DNA of 64,000 nt from Candidatus Woesearchaeota archaeon (GTDB lineage: Archaea; Nanobdellota; Nanobdellia; Tiddalikarchaeales; Tiddalikarchaeaceae), in the NCBI GenBank assembly GCA_964457955.1, contig CAYWEY010000003.1, forward strand, positions 14,439 to 78,438, given 5' to 3'. Each line of letters begins with the position of its first letter. The first letter of the stretch is position 1. The translations under genes were made by a program, and so were the position numbers. Shown here in pieces: positions 19,162 to 29,520 of the stretch. The notes under the pieces are model-generated. The model saw only the letters and a list, made by a program, of their open reading frames with translations, made no database searches and was not told the origin of the DNA.

Positions 19162-19435
19162 GTGGTTGGTTAGTACCCTGCCTTCTGTACAACCCCTATT
19201 AACTTTGAATAGTAGGGTGTTGGCAACATTCTACTAAGCGCACCAGTGTGCTTGCACTTCTCAACAGGTTAAGAGATTTTCCATCCCAAATTCATGAAAC
19301 CTCAATTCAAATATCATCGTGCTCATGAAAGGGTGTTTTTCTGCTTCTCATTAACAAATCCTTAAGATTAATTGTCTGTTTCTCAGTGGGCAGAGGTTCC
19401 CCAGCAATCAGCCGTGAGTTGCCTAAACCAACCAC
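19162..19435. ncRNA. unidentified GC-enriched structured RNA candidate (~274 nt)
   Basis: ~42% GC island in ~28% GC DNA; perfect 10-bp terminal helix GTGGTTGGTT/AACCAACCAC plus several internal hairpins; no ORF. Could not be matched to 5S, SRP RNA or RNase P RNA consensus by eye. Confidence 0.3.
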
Positions 19436-19635
19436 TAAATAATAATATCTAAAAATAGACTTATAAATATTTTCCTGCAAAAAAAAACCAGAACCATACT
19501 AAAATTTTCATGAATTATTATCCAAAAGAAGCCCGCTTAGTATCATTATCTCTTCACCATAAATCTCATAACACTACCTCATCATATTTTCTTATCTCTT
19601 CCCCAATATTATGGAATTCAACAATTATAGAAAAT

Positions 19636-19869
19636 TTAGTGATTTTCGTATTTGTTAATTAAATCTCTTAATTCATCCCACTTTTTTTTAACATACAATT
19701 TACCAAAAGTTCTTTTATCCTCTTCACTCCAGCCTTTTGTTACAATTGTTCGTAAAGTTATGAATTCTTTATACTTATTGAAATCTCCAACTTTATTTAT
19801 AATGTATTCATCTTTCTTAAATTTCTTGAAATCCTTTACATATTTTTTTATTTTATCAACAAGTTTCAT
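19636..19869 (-). CDS. small K/E-rich hypothetical protein
   Basis: 77 aa; preceded by copy B of the promoter-like motif. Confidence 0.35.
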   Translation of the reverse strand: MKLVDKIKKYVKDFKKFKKDEYIINKVGDFNKYKEFITLRTIVTKGWSEEDKRTFGKLYVKKKWDELRDLINKYENH

Positions 19870-19915
19870 ATTAGAAGAATAAAAGAAAAAAACACACTTA
19901 AAAATATTACTATCT
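19870..19915 (-). promoter_or_regulatory. putative BRE/TATA promoter (copy B of duplicated motif)
   Basis: AAAGAAAAAAACACACTTAAAAATATTACTAT matches copy A in ~35/40 positions. Confidence 0.3.
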
Positions 19916-19989
19916 AGTAGTAAAAAAAAGTATTGAATATCAATTGCATTGGTGGATTAAAAAAACACGACTTCTCCTGTATAACACAA

Positions 19990-22935
19990 ATTATTTGTGA
20001 GTTTCAGCTTATTAGTGAACGCGGGCTTAACACGTCGTTGCCTTCGTGCTTACACCCCGTTTCTATCTAACCCATCATTTAATGGAAAGCTTCAGACGAT
20101 GCCTCTTTTTGCGGAGGGCTTCGAGCTTAGATGCTTTCAGCTCTTATCCCATTGGGACGTAGCTGCCCAGCGTGCCTTGTCAGACAACTGGTAGACCAGT
20201 GGTCCCGGAGGATCGTTCCTCTCGTACTCAACCCTCCTTCCACTCAGGCATCGAACACTTCCAGTAGATATAAGCCGAACTGAGTCACCTCGTTCTGAAC
20301 CCAGCTCACGATCCCTTTTAATCGGTGAACACCCGCACCCTTGGCCGCTTGTGTACGGCCAGGATAGAGAGAGCCGACATCGATGAAGCAAGCCCCGCCG
20401 TAGATGCATTCTCCCGGGCGGGACAACTCTGTTATCCCCAGGGTAGCTTTTCTGTCAGACGTATTCCTCAAAAAAAGGATATATACGCGTTCGCTAAACC
20501 ACACTTTCGTGTCAGAACTTCTCGCTGTGCGAAGTCCTGTCAGGCCAGCTTTTGCTTTTGCACTCTACTCCGGATTTCTGTCCCGGATGAGCTGACCTTA
20601 GGGCGCCGGTGATAAATTTTCGCCGGCGTGCCACCCCAGCCAAACTGCCCGACAACAGGTGTCCCAAGAGATAAATCTCAAGGTAAGCATTATCATCCAT
20701 AATTGACAGTGTCCCATTGACGGCTCAGCAACACCCGAAAGTATTGCGTCGAAGCCTTCTGTCTACGCTTCGAATTACGGGTAATAACGCAGCTGCAGGC
20801 TGCAGTAAAGTTCCTGGGGTCTTCTCATCCCACTGGAAGTCCCCGGCTTCTGCACCGGGCAAGTGTATTCACAGGGTTCAAGTTTGGGACAGTAGGAACC
20901 TAGTTACGTCGTTCGCAAAGCCACTAATTAGATGGCAAGGCATTGCGCTACCATAAGAAGGTCATAGTTACCTCCGTCGTTTACCAGTCCTTAGGCCCGT
21001 TGAACCGGGATTTCAGATACTGGCACTGGACAGACGTCACGGGTTATACAAGACGTTTCCGTTTAGCAACCCGCTATGTTTTTGTTAAACAGTCCGGTTC
21101 CCCTAGTCACTGCGCCCAGCACTCGCAGTCTTAAGACTACGAACGCTGAGACCCCTTCTCCCGAAGTTACGGGGCGAATTTGCCGAGTTCCCTAAACTTG
21201 ATTACACCCTACAGGCCTTAGGCTACTCACCCAGGACACCTGTGTCGGTTCTGGGTACGGTTAATCAGAGTCCTTGAAGATGAGATTTTCACGGGCTCCA
21301 GGAATTAATTGAACTCGAGTACACGAGCTGTTCTCAGTATTAATCCATTTCTCCTCATTACGAGACTCCATGGACTTGTACTGATTAAATAACACGACAG
21401 TGTTACTCAACCTATCCCGAAGCGTCTCTCAATCCTCCTTGCGTTGCCGCACGTATCTGATTAGTACAGGAATATTAACCTGTTTCCTTTTCCCCACTTA
21501 GCAGTTAAGCCGTGAGTTAAGACCGACTAACTCTTCGCTGACGAGCGGTGCGAAGAAACCCTTGTCCTTACGGCCATGTGGATTCTCACCACACTATGAT
21601 GCTACTACCGGCAAGATACTCAAACCCAAAACGGTCCATGCAAACTCACGTTCGCACTTCTAACCACTCAGGTCGCCTTCCTACCCGGACACGTCCTACA
21701 ACGTGTCCCCTAAAGTCTCGGTAATTGGCTTAGCCCCGTCCATTTACAGCGCCACCAACCTTGATGAGTAAGCTATTACGCACTTATTATAGGTTTGCTG
21801 CTTCTAAGCCTACCTCCTCACTGTCTCTGGTTGATGACAACCTCATTTGCACTTAGTCAATATTTTGGGACCTTAACTTTAGTCTGGGTTGTTCCCCTCT
21901 CGAACATAAGGCTTACCCCTATGCTCCGACTCCCACCATCTCAGATATTGCAGCATTCGGAGTTTGACTTGGGATCGGGAAACTTTTGTCTCCTCGCATG
22001 CCAAATCAGTATCTCTACCTCTGCAACCATCTCCGGTGAGGCTAGACTGTGGCCTAATTTGGAAGGAACCAGCTATCGCCGAACACGATTGGCTTTTCAC
22101 CCCTATTCCCAGCTCTCGGGAACGCCTTGCTCACAGTACCCCTACAGTCCTCCACGAACTGGAAAGTCCGCTTCAACTTGTCCAGGAATAGATCGTTCGG
22201 CTTCGGGTATTAAAGCAGTAACTTCAGGCGCTATTCACACCCTGCCCCTCGCATGCTGTGGGCATAATTGCTTTCGCTTCGGCTTCACACTAAACGTGTT
22301 TAACCTCGCCACTACCTTAAATTCCTTGCCTCTTTGTCCAAAAGGAACACTGCAACACTCGAAGTGCCGCAGCCTCCTGTGACCATTAGGTTTCAGGATC
22401 TTTTAACTCCCTTTTACGGGTTCTTTTCAACTTTCCCTCACGGTACTTGTACGCTATCGGTATCCTAACCTATTTAGGGTTGGAAGTTTTTGACTCCCAT
22501 CTTCTTAGAGGAATACCATCCCCTAATACTCTGGGAACTGGATATCATTCTTTTTACTTCCTTTACGGGACTGTCACCCTCTATGGTGCTCTATTCCAAG
22601 AGACTTTAAGTCGTAAAAACAATGAATGTTTCCAGCCCAAAACAGCACATCTCACTCATGTCACCATGACTGATTCACTTTGCCCTATTCCCCTTTCGAT
22701 CGACTCTAATAAGGGAATCCCTAACTTGGTTTCTCTTCCTGCGGGTACTAAGATGATTCAATTCTCCGCGTTCCTCCTGCCAAAAGCAGTAACCCCGAAG
22801 GGTTCGGATTCCTATTCGGGAATTCCTGGCTCAAAGGCTCCATGCGCCTCCCCAGGACTTATCGCAGCTTGGCACGCCCTTCATCAGGGTTAGGATCCAA
22901 GTCATCCACCTAATGGCGTCTTTACTCCACATCAT
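19990..22935 (-). rRNA. rrl: 23S (LSU) ribosomal RNA
   Basis: Minus strand 5' region GGUGGAUGACUUGG...CCCUGAUGAAGGGCGUGCCAAGCUGCGAUAAG (22861-22910), sarcin-ricin loop AGUACGAGAGGAACGAUC (20215-20232), GC-rich ~2.95 kb with no coding potential; ends approximate (+/-40 nt). Confidence 0.9.
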
Positions 22936-23481
22936 AATATGTTATAACAGAAGCCAAGAAAGTGTAATTTAATCCACCTATGCGATTGACATTCAATGAA
23001 GATGAATGTACTATGTCAGCTAAAACAACATCCTATTGTAATAGCTCAAGAAATCATCCACATTGCCCCAAAACAGGGGATGCTTCAACTGATAACAAAC
23101 AAATATATTATCTTTTTCTTTTATAAAAGTTTCTATGAAAAAAAAATATTTGAATCATTTTCTTTCACCTTCTTCACGTGTTTTTCATAGTATGAGTTGA
23201 AAACTTTTTTAACATCTGTCTCTTTGCACAGTTCAGCAAGTTTGTTAAATATTTTTCTGAAATAGTGCTTAGGATTGAAAGAAGCACCATAATATTAACA
23301 ATGTAGTTCTTCTCCACTAATTTCATACTCTTCAACAAAGTTTCTTTAATTAATAATTCATATTAAAAAATCATTATTTTTTTTTTGACAATATAAATTT
23401 CTTGTTTCCATAAAAAAATAAATCTTTTTTCTCCCCATCCCACTTCCTAAACCAAAAGATTTAATTGAAAGACTAGAATCC

Positions 23482-23796
23482 TTACTTGAATAAACTTATT
23501 CTCTCATAAACAAATCTTACTTGAGTGCTCACTCCTTTCTGATACCATAATTTGTTAAGCAAATCATTGGAAGGATTACTAGCATATTTATTGAAAACAT
23601 CCATTTCTTCTTCATTAACTTCTTTAATCAACTCCTGCAAATTAGTTTGAGATAATCCCCTGCAATTGTTGAATCCTTCAACACTTCCTTTATAAAATTC
23701 TTTCATCTTCTCAGTATTCTGCTCATCCTTTAATGAATTACATTCACTGATTCCTTCATTAATTATTTTCTTCTGATACTTAGTTATGAAACTCAT
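23482..23796 (-). CDS. hypothetical protein
   Basis: 104 aa ORF, no recognisable domain. Confidence 0.35.
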   Translation of the reverse strand: MSFITKYQKKIINEGISECNSLKDEQNTEKMKEFYKGSVEGFNNCRGLSQTNLQELIKEVNEEEMDVFNKYASNPSNDLLNKLWYQKGVSTQVRFVYERISLFK

Positions 23797-23804
23797 AAAA
23801 ATAA

Positions 23805-24623
23805 TTATAGTATACGAAAATTTTTAATTTTTTTTAAAAACTCTTCAAGAGTCATAAATAATACTTTATTATTATCTAAAACACACGCTTGAGCAATACT
23901 AGAACTTAAACAGCCAAAAAGCATTTTTTCAGAACCTGCTCTGTAATAAAATACATAACTTGTTGATAAAATATTATTCTTCTCCTTAACTGATGAGGAT
24001 TTATCGAGAAATTCGAGTTCAGGATAACCAATCTCCAAACCCGCTTTTTTGGATTCATCAATTAATTCCTGCATAAACATATCAGATAATTCTTTTTTCC
24101 TGTAAAGATTCTCCTCTCTTAACAGACCAAAAACAACTCTCTTACACTCAACAGCGTAATCAATAATTTCATCAATTGTTGAAGATATTAAATTATATGT
24201 TAAGAAATTATTGTCAGCAGTATTATTGGGATAATTGAATAAAGCATAAAGAGCATTATTTTTCTTAAAAGAACCTGAAAAGTATTTATCAAGACTATTC
24301 ACTAATTCAGGATTATAATCACGGATTATTGATTCAATCAGTTTTTTGTTATCATTATTTAATCCTTTAAAATAATGTTTTATAATTTCTTCATGTTTGT
24401 CTGCATTAATAAACTTGGAATCAATCTCTTCTGCTTTTTCAATAATTTTTAATCCAATAATACAATTACGGTATTCAAAACCAGCATTTTTTAACATATC
24501 CTGTTCAGCACAATTATTATCAAGTTTTTTAGCAAATGACTTATATTGGTGCATAAAAATAATTATTAAAAAATTATTTATATAAACTTTTCTAATAAGA
24601 ATGCTATGAATTGGGATATGCAC
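23805..24623 (-). CDS. hypothetical protein
   Basis: 272 aa ORF (start possibly at internal MHQYK); no recognisable domain. Confidence 0.4.
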   Translation of the reverse strand: MHIPIHSILIRKVYINNFLIIIFMHQYKSFAKKLDNNCAEQDMLKNAGFEYRNCIIGLKIIEKAEEIDSKFINADKHEEIIKHYFKGLNNDNKKLIESIIRDYNPELVNSLDKYFSGSFKKNNALYALFNYPNNTADNNFLTYNLISSTIDEIIDYAVECKRVVFGLLREENLYRKKELSDMFMQELIDESKKAGLEIGYPELEFLDKSSSVKEKNNILSTSYVFYYRAGSEKMLFGCLSSSIAQACVLDNNKVLFMTLEEFLKKIKNFRIL

Positions 24624-25064
24624 ATAATATTTGGTTTAATAACTATATTGGGATTATTAATTGTTTTTGCTGGAGTAACAGATTTAGGTTCTGATGATGT
24701 TTTAATGATTTTATTAATAGGAGTAAGTTTCAGCTTATTACCTGATATAGACTATTCTTTTTCTTATTCAAGTTTTTTGTTAAAAATATTCGTAATATTC
24801 ATCTTTGTTTTTATGATAATTGGACTCATTAGTTTCTCAATAAATAATATTCTATTATTTTCTTACTCAGGAATACTCTTAATGTATCATTTTCTTTACT
24901 CAAAAAAGGATTCTTCACACAAGCAACTACCCCACACATTATTTTTTGGTATAGTAAGCTCGTTTGTAATATTCTTAAGTCTTAATTCATGGATTTTATT
25001 CATAACAGCATTCACTTGTTTTTTATCACACTTAATACTTGATAATCACAGAATTATAGTTTAG
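24606..25064 (+). CDS. membrane-bound metal-dependent hydrolase, DUF457/YdjM-like
   Basis: LLPDIDY and SHLILDNH motifs with 4-5 TM helices. Confidence 0.4.
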   Translation: MNWDMHIIFGLITILGLLIVFAGVTDLGSDDVLMILLIGVSFSLLPDIDYSFSYSSFLLKIFVIFIFVFMIIGLISFSINNILLFSYSGILLMYHFLYSKKDSSHKQLPHTLFFGIVSSFVIFLSLNSWILFITAFTCFLSHLILDNHRIIV

Positions 25065-25497
25065 TGAATGTTCTAACAGCTTTCTTAATATCGTCCCTGC
25101 TAATCAAGAAGATATCATCAGTATAACTTCCTAGTGTTGAAACAATATTAATATCTTTTTCAGCAATTAATGATGAAATAAATGCGGTGTATCCTTTAAT
25201 ACTTTCAGCTTTTTCTGAACTAACAATAATTAATTCAGCTAAATCCTTTTTTGTATTAATAATATTATTTCCCATGATTTTTTCAGCCTTTTTTAAGTTT
25301 TTTTCTTCTATAATAAGAGTTATTCCTGACTCTGCCTGAATGATTTGAAACAAGTTCTTTTCTTTAAGAATATTTGTTAATTCAACCAATCCTGATAATA
25401 CTTCAGGATTTTTTTTAAGAATAAGCCTGCATAATCCTGTTTTAATATGAATTTCACTGTTTCTAATCATATTAATTATTTTTTCATTTATATCCAT
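25054..25497 (-). CDS. ACT-like small-molecule-binding domain protein (tentative)
   Basis: 147 aa; GYTAFISSLIAEKDINIVSTLGSYTDDIFLI resembles an ACT fold. Confidence 0.3.
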   Translation of the reverse strand: MDINEKIINMIRNSEIHIKTGLCRLILKKNPEVLSGLVELTNILKEKNLFQIIQAESGITLIIEEKNLKKAEKIMGNNIINTKKDLAELIIVSSEKAESIKGYTAFISSLIAEKDINIVSTLGSYTDDIFLISRDDIKKAVRTFTKL

Positions 25498-25539
25498 TTT
25501 TCTAAAAAGATATAAATAGTCAGTAGTTTAAAAATATTT

Positions 25540-26526
25540 ATGAAAATAAAGAACAAATTGTTATTGATTATTTTAATGATTTTTTTAGGAATATTCATAA
25601 TTTATTTTTCAATACCCTTCCTTGACTTAATAATAATAAGTGCATTGATTTCTTTTGCACTCCAGCCTGTTAAGAAAAAACTTGAAGAAAAAATAAGTGA
25701 TGAAACTACTGTTGTTTTGTTATCAACATTATTCAGTTTTGCGATAATAATAATATTTTCTTATTTCTTCTTCAATACTGTATTATCAGGTATTAAAATA
25801 TTCAGTGATTTAGTTAGTGGTAAGGAAGAAATACAATTAATAAACAGGACATTCACGATTTTTGAATCATATCAAATATCCGAACCCTTGACTGCTGAAG
25901 GAATAAAAAGCTTAGTGAACTTAGTTCAAAGACTTATATTATTAACTCCCCGTTTTATTCTAAGTATATTCGTACTTTTATTATTCACTTATTACTTTAA
26001 TAAGAACGGTAAGGATATAAAGAATAAATTAGAGTCAATAATTCCTCCAGGAGAGATTGTTTATTTCAGAAAATTTTTTCGGAGATCTAAGGAAATGATG
26101 AAAGGAGTTTTTATAGTTCAATTATCTGGGGCTTTAAGCCAGTCTTTCCTTATACTTGTTTTTTTGCTTATACTTAATGTTCCTTTTGCAATAGAATTCT
26201 CATTCCTTGGATTCATATTATCATTATTCGGGATGTCATCAAGTTTTGTAATAATTTTTTTAATAATTTATTATGCTTTAAGTTCGAACTATTTATATGT
26301 TATTATACTCATGGTCTTATTCTTAATCATAATAAATATTGATGATATAGTGAAGCCCTTAATTGCTAAAAGAGTAATGAATGCTAATCCATTACTATTA
26401 TTAACAGGAATAATTGGAGGAGCAGTGAGTTTTGGAGCAACAGGATTCATAATAGGTCCATTAATCGCAGTAATTCTCCAGTCATCAATAGAGGTGTTGT
26501 TTGAAGAAAATGAGGTTAGTGTTTGA
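25540..26526 (+). CDS. AI-2E family (PerM/UPF0118) membrane transporter
   Basis: 328 aa, ~8 TM helices, C-terminal GGAVSFGATGFIIGPLIAVIL motif. Confidence 0.5.
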   Translation: MKIKNKLLLIILMIFLGIFIIYFSIPFLDLIIISALISFALQPVKKKLEEKISDETTVVLLSTLFSFAIIIIFSYFFFNTVLSGIKIFSDLVSGKEEIQLINRTFTIFESYQISEPLTAEGIKSLVNLVQRLILLTPRFILSIFVLLLFTYYFNKNGKDIKNKLESIIPPGEIVYFRKFFRRSKEMMKGVFIVQLSGALSQSFLILVFLLILNVPFAIEFSFLGFILSLFGMSSSFVIIFLIIYYALSSNYLYVIILMVLFLIIINIDDIVKPLIAKRVMNANPLLLLTGIIGGAVSFGATGFIIGPLIAVILQSSIEVLFEENEVSV

Positions 26527-26884
26527 AAAAGCATTAAGAGAAGAAGAGAAGATTAAAGACATTGTCAGCGTTCTTGAATGGGATTATATAAAAACCGAGT
26601 ATGTTAAATGTGTGTATTCAGGTAATAGTAGTTCAAAAGCAATCGCGCGTATCTGGAGCACTCCCAGAATATTCTCTTATGCTTTTGGAATAATTCCTAT
26701 GTATGTTATTGAATTAATCAGAAAAAAATATGATAAACTAAGTGAATCTGAAAAGAATAAAGTACTAATCCATGAATTAATGCATATTCCTAAAACTTTT
26801 AGCGGAGCATTAAGATCACACAGGTTTCATAAAGAAATAGACAGAGTATACAATAATTATGTTTCTCTGAAGAAAAAAATTTAA
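26501..26884 (+). CDS. putative zinc metallopeptidase (HExxH; YgjP/SprT-like)
   Basis: LIHELMHIP...SHRFHKE. Confidence 0.4.
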   Translation: MKKMRLVFEKALREEEKIKDIVSVLEWDYIKTEYVKCVYSGNSSSKAIARIWSTPRIFSYAFGIIPMYVIELIRKKYDKLSESEKNKVLIHELMHIPKTFSGALRSHRFHKEIDRVYNNYVSLKKKI

Positions 26885-27547
26885 ATATAACCTTTGACTA
26901 ATTTTTACTGTGGACCTATCTAATATCAGCAAACAGAATGTAATCCATTTCAGGTATACATGGTTTGCTTTATGCCTTAGATAGTTCCCGATGATGGTTT
27001 CTAAAAAAAGATTCTGAGAAAAAAAGTCCTGAGGGATTTCTTATAAAAAAAAATTTTTTGAAAAAAATTCTTAAGCCATAATACTCAACTAAAAAAACAT
27101 TTTCTAAGAAAGGTTTGGACTTACTGAAATTTTTATGGGGTTGCTCTGTTATGACTTTAAGGATTTTTTTTTATTTGCTACAAAAACCATAATATTTATT
27201 GATGCAAAAATAAAAGGAATAACAAGCACTATGGTTCCTATTATAAATAAGAATATTCTTGTTTCTTTAACTAAAAAATAATATATTAATATTCCAGAAT
27301 TTAAAACAGAGAGAATTGTAAAAAAATAATACAAATATTTCCATTTTTCTATTTTTTTCATTGTCTAATAATAAAAAAATCGTAATTTTTATAAATAACG
27401 TTATTAATAATATATTTTTATGGATTGGTTGCGCATAGTGTGTGAGTACTCTGTTTTTATACCTTCCCAAATATTGTTACTGGTTTTTATATTTCTTAAT
27501 GTTAGAAAATCAATAATTAATTTAAAACAAAGAAAACCAGTTATTGT

Positions 27548-28039
27548 TTAAAAAAACGAGCCTAACCAGTTGAAGAAATTAATTATATTCTTTACTATTC
27601 TGCTGGCAACACTCTCTTCATCTAAGATTATATACTCTCCTCCAAGTGCACCATTAACAGCGTTCACAACTAGTTCTCCTTTAACACCTTTTGATTTACA
27701 CCTTATAGGCTTATTACTTAATACTACTGTCGCGTTTTCAGAAGAGGTGGCATTGAATAATCCTTTTATTGTATTAGAGTCAGTTCTACAGTTAAGTTGT
27801 CCTGGTTCTGTGCTTGCTTCAGCATTAACTTCTTTTTTACTTATATTCATGAGTATTGTTTCATTAGTATCTGTTATATTAAGATTTACAGTGAAAGGCA
27901 ACACTGGACCAACATAATCAGAATATCTTGATATCAGCATTTCAATAGCATCAGTTCTTCCTTGAATCCTTTCAAGAATAGCGCAGAATCCTGTGCTTAT
28001 TGTTAATAAAATCATTAATGATAATATTATTTTCTTCAT
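27548..28039 (-). CDS. secreted hypothetical protein with signal peptide
   Basis: 163 aa; N-terminal MKKIILSLMILLTISTGFCA signal; N-glycosylation-rich. Confidence 0.4.
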   Translation of the reverse strand: MKKIILSLMILLTISTGFCAILERIQGRTDAIEMLISRYSDYVGPVLPFTVNLNITDTNETILMNISKKEVNAEASTEPGQLNCRTDSNTIKGLFNATSSENATVVLSNKPIRCKSKGVKGELVVNAVNGALGGEYIILDEESVASRIVKNIINFFNWLGSFF

Positions 28040-28110
28040 ACTCTAGGATTAAATGGGGCGTATTTAAATATTTAATGTTTATAAATCTGTAAGACATAAT
28101 TCTTAACTAA

Positions 28111-28905
28111 ATGTTAAGATATAATCGGTGGAAGTGTCCGAATTGTGGGAATATTGTTGTTAAAAAGACTTTTTGTCCAGAATGCAATTTTTCTTTCCCT
28201 CAAGATTATCCTGATGAATGGAAATGTCCTTTCTGCGGTTCAATAGTAAAAAATAATACTTATTGTGAAGAATGTTTTTATCCTAAAAGATTAAGTTATC
28301 CTAAATTATGGCATTGTCCTAAATGTGGAGAACTTAATTCCAAAACACCAAACTGTATTTGTGGTTATTACGGGAAAGATATTAGAGTTAAGAAGAGAAT
28401 AAGGAAAAACAAGTATAATATTATGCTAGTATTGTTTTCAATAATCGTTCCTTTATCTCTTCTTGGATTCATGTTTTTAAGTATTAGTTTTGCAGGTCCT
28501 GAAGAGTCCTTGTTCGCCAATTATTCCGGCAATAATGTTTTTTTTGTTTATCCTAATTGGAATCTTTTAAATAAATCAAATACTTTTTTAAGAATTTATG
28601 ATTATGAATTAGGAAGAGAACTAATTTATCTTAATTCTGTTAAAGTTTTCAATTCTTTAGAGAATGAAAAGAATCGTATTCTTTCCAGAATAAGAGAAGG
28701 TTATGGAGGAGGATTAAGTATTTACAAAAATTACGGTTTTGGGAAATGGGAAGTATCCTGTTATAATCTAAAAAACGATATTAATGGTTGTTTGGGAATT
28801 AGATATTGTCATGGAAATGTTAGTTTTATCTATCTAACTAATTTCAGGAATCGTGTTGATGAAAATATTTTAAAAGGAGTTCTTGATAGTTTCATCTGTG
28901 GATAG
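28111..28905 (+). CDS. membrane protein with three tandem N-terminal zinc ribbons
   Basis: WKCPNCG..CPEC / WKCPFCG..CEEC / WHCPKCG..CIC repeats, one TM helix, then ~150-aa extracellular domain. Confidence 0.45.
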   Translation: MLRYNRWKCPNCGNIVVKKTFCPECNFSFPQDYPDEWKCPFCGSIVKNNTYCEECFYPKRLSYPKLWHCPKCGELNSKTPNCICGYYGKDIRVKKRIRKNKYNIMLVLFSIIVPLSLLGFMFLSISFAGPEESLFANYSGNNVFFVYPNWNLLNKSNTFLRIYDYELGRELIYLNSVKVFNSLENEKNRILSRIREGYGGGLSIYKNYGFGKWEVSCYNLKNDINGCLGIRYCHGNVSFIYLTNFRNRVDENILKGVLDSFICG

Positions 28906-28946
28906 AAAGATTTATAATAAAAAAAATTTGGTTTTTGTAGATAATT

Positions 28947-29279
28947 ATGGTTAATGATGATTATTTAGTAAGGTGTAAGAGGTGTGGTTTTCCTTATTCT
29001 CCTGAAAATATGAGCAGGGTCAGAACATGCGTTTTTTGCAGAAAAGCAACAGATGTTCATTCAAGAAAGAAAAAGATAAGGATGATACTTAAGAATATTA
29101 AGAAGTATTTTAATTCTGCAAAACATTTCCCTATAAAAGAGAATGTTCTGAAATGGGCATCACTGAAATTTGATGTTAGTGATGAAACAGGGCTTTCTTA
29201 TCTTAAGGAATTGATTGAGAAGAATAAAGTTGAAATCTATGATGATGGTTTTTACGAGAGAGTAAGATTATTAGATTAA
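28947..29279 (+). CDS. zinc-ribbon small protein
   Basis: CKRCG...CVFC N-terminal ribbon; 110 aa. Confidence 0.4.
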   Translation: MVNDDYLVRCKRCGFPYSPENMSRVRTCVFCRKATDVHSRKKKIRMILKNIKKYFNSAKHFPIKENVLKWASLKFDVSDETGLSYLKELIEKNKVEIYDDGFYERVRLLD

Positions 29280-29455
29280 ATATTTGAAAGAAGTCCATAA
29301 AAGACTGCCGCGCTTACGCTTCCTATTAATAAACCAAAAATGATGTAAAAGAGAACACTTAATCCTCCACCACTGACTGCGAATAATATTCCCATTAAGA
29401 GGACTGAAACACTTATTCCAAGAAGTACAGATATTGCTGTTAATAACACATCCAT
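29276..29455 (-). CDS. small two-TM membrane protein (59 aa; below ORF-track cutoff)
   Basis: MDVLLTAISVLLGISVSVLLMGILFAVSGGGLSVLFYIIFGLLIGSVSAAVFYGLLSNI. Confidence 0.25.
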   Translation of the reverse strand: MDVLLTAISVLLGISVSVLLMGILFAVSGGGLSVLFYIIFGLLIGSVSAAVFYGLLSNI

Positions 29456-29520
29456 AATATTTTCTAATTATTTGATTATTAATAAAATTTTATATTTCAT
29501 CATTTTTAATAAAATATTAT

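Noticed and set aside
19162-19435. Considered calling the GC-rich element 5S rRNA, SRP RNA or RNase P RNA
   Set aside because: Length wrong for 5S; neither the P4 GGAAAGUCC nor the SRP helix-8 signatures were found by eye, so left as an unidentified structured RNA candidate
19997-22893. Numerous 60-195-aa ORFs on both strands (e.g. 21795-22382, 22447-22893, 20137-20409)
   Set aside because: They lie inside the 23S rRNA gene. GC-rich non-AT-biased translation is Cys/Ser/Arg/Pro-rich, typical of spurious ORFs in rRNA
22996-23190. 64-aa plus-strand ORF just outside the 23S 5' end
   Set aside because: Lies in the rRNA processing-stem/leader region; AT-rich low-complexity tail
27570-27917. 115-aa plus-strand ORF with a signal-peptide-like start
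   Set aside because: Antisense to the longer (163-aa) minus-strand secreted-protein ORF with a better signal peptide. Only one can be real, so I kept the longer; low certainty
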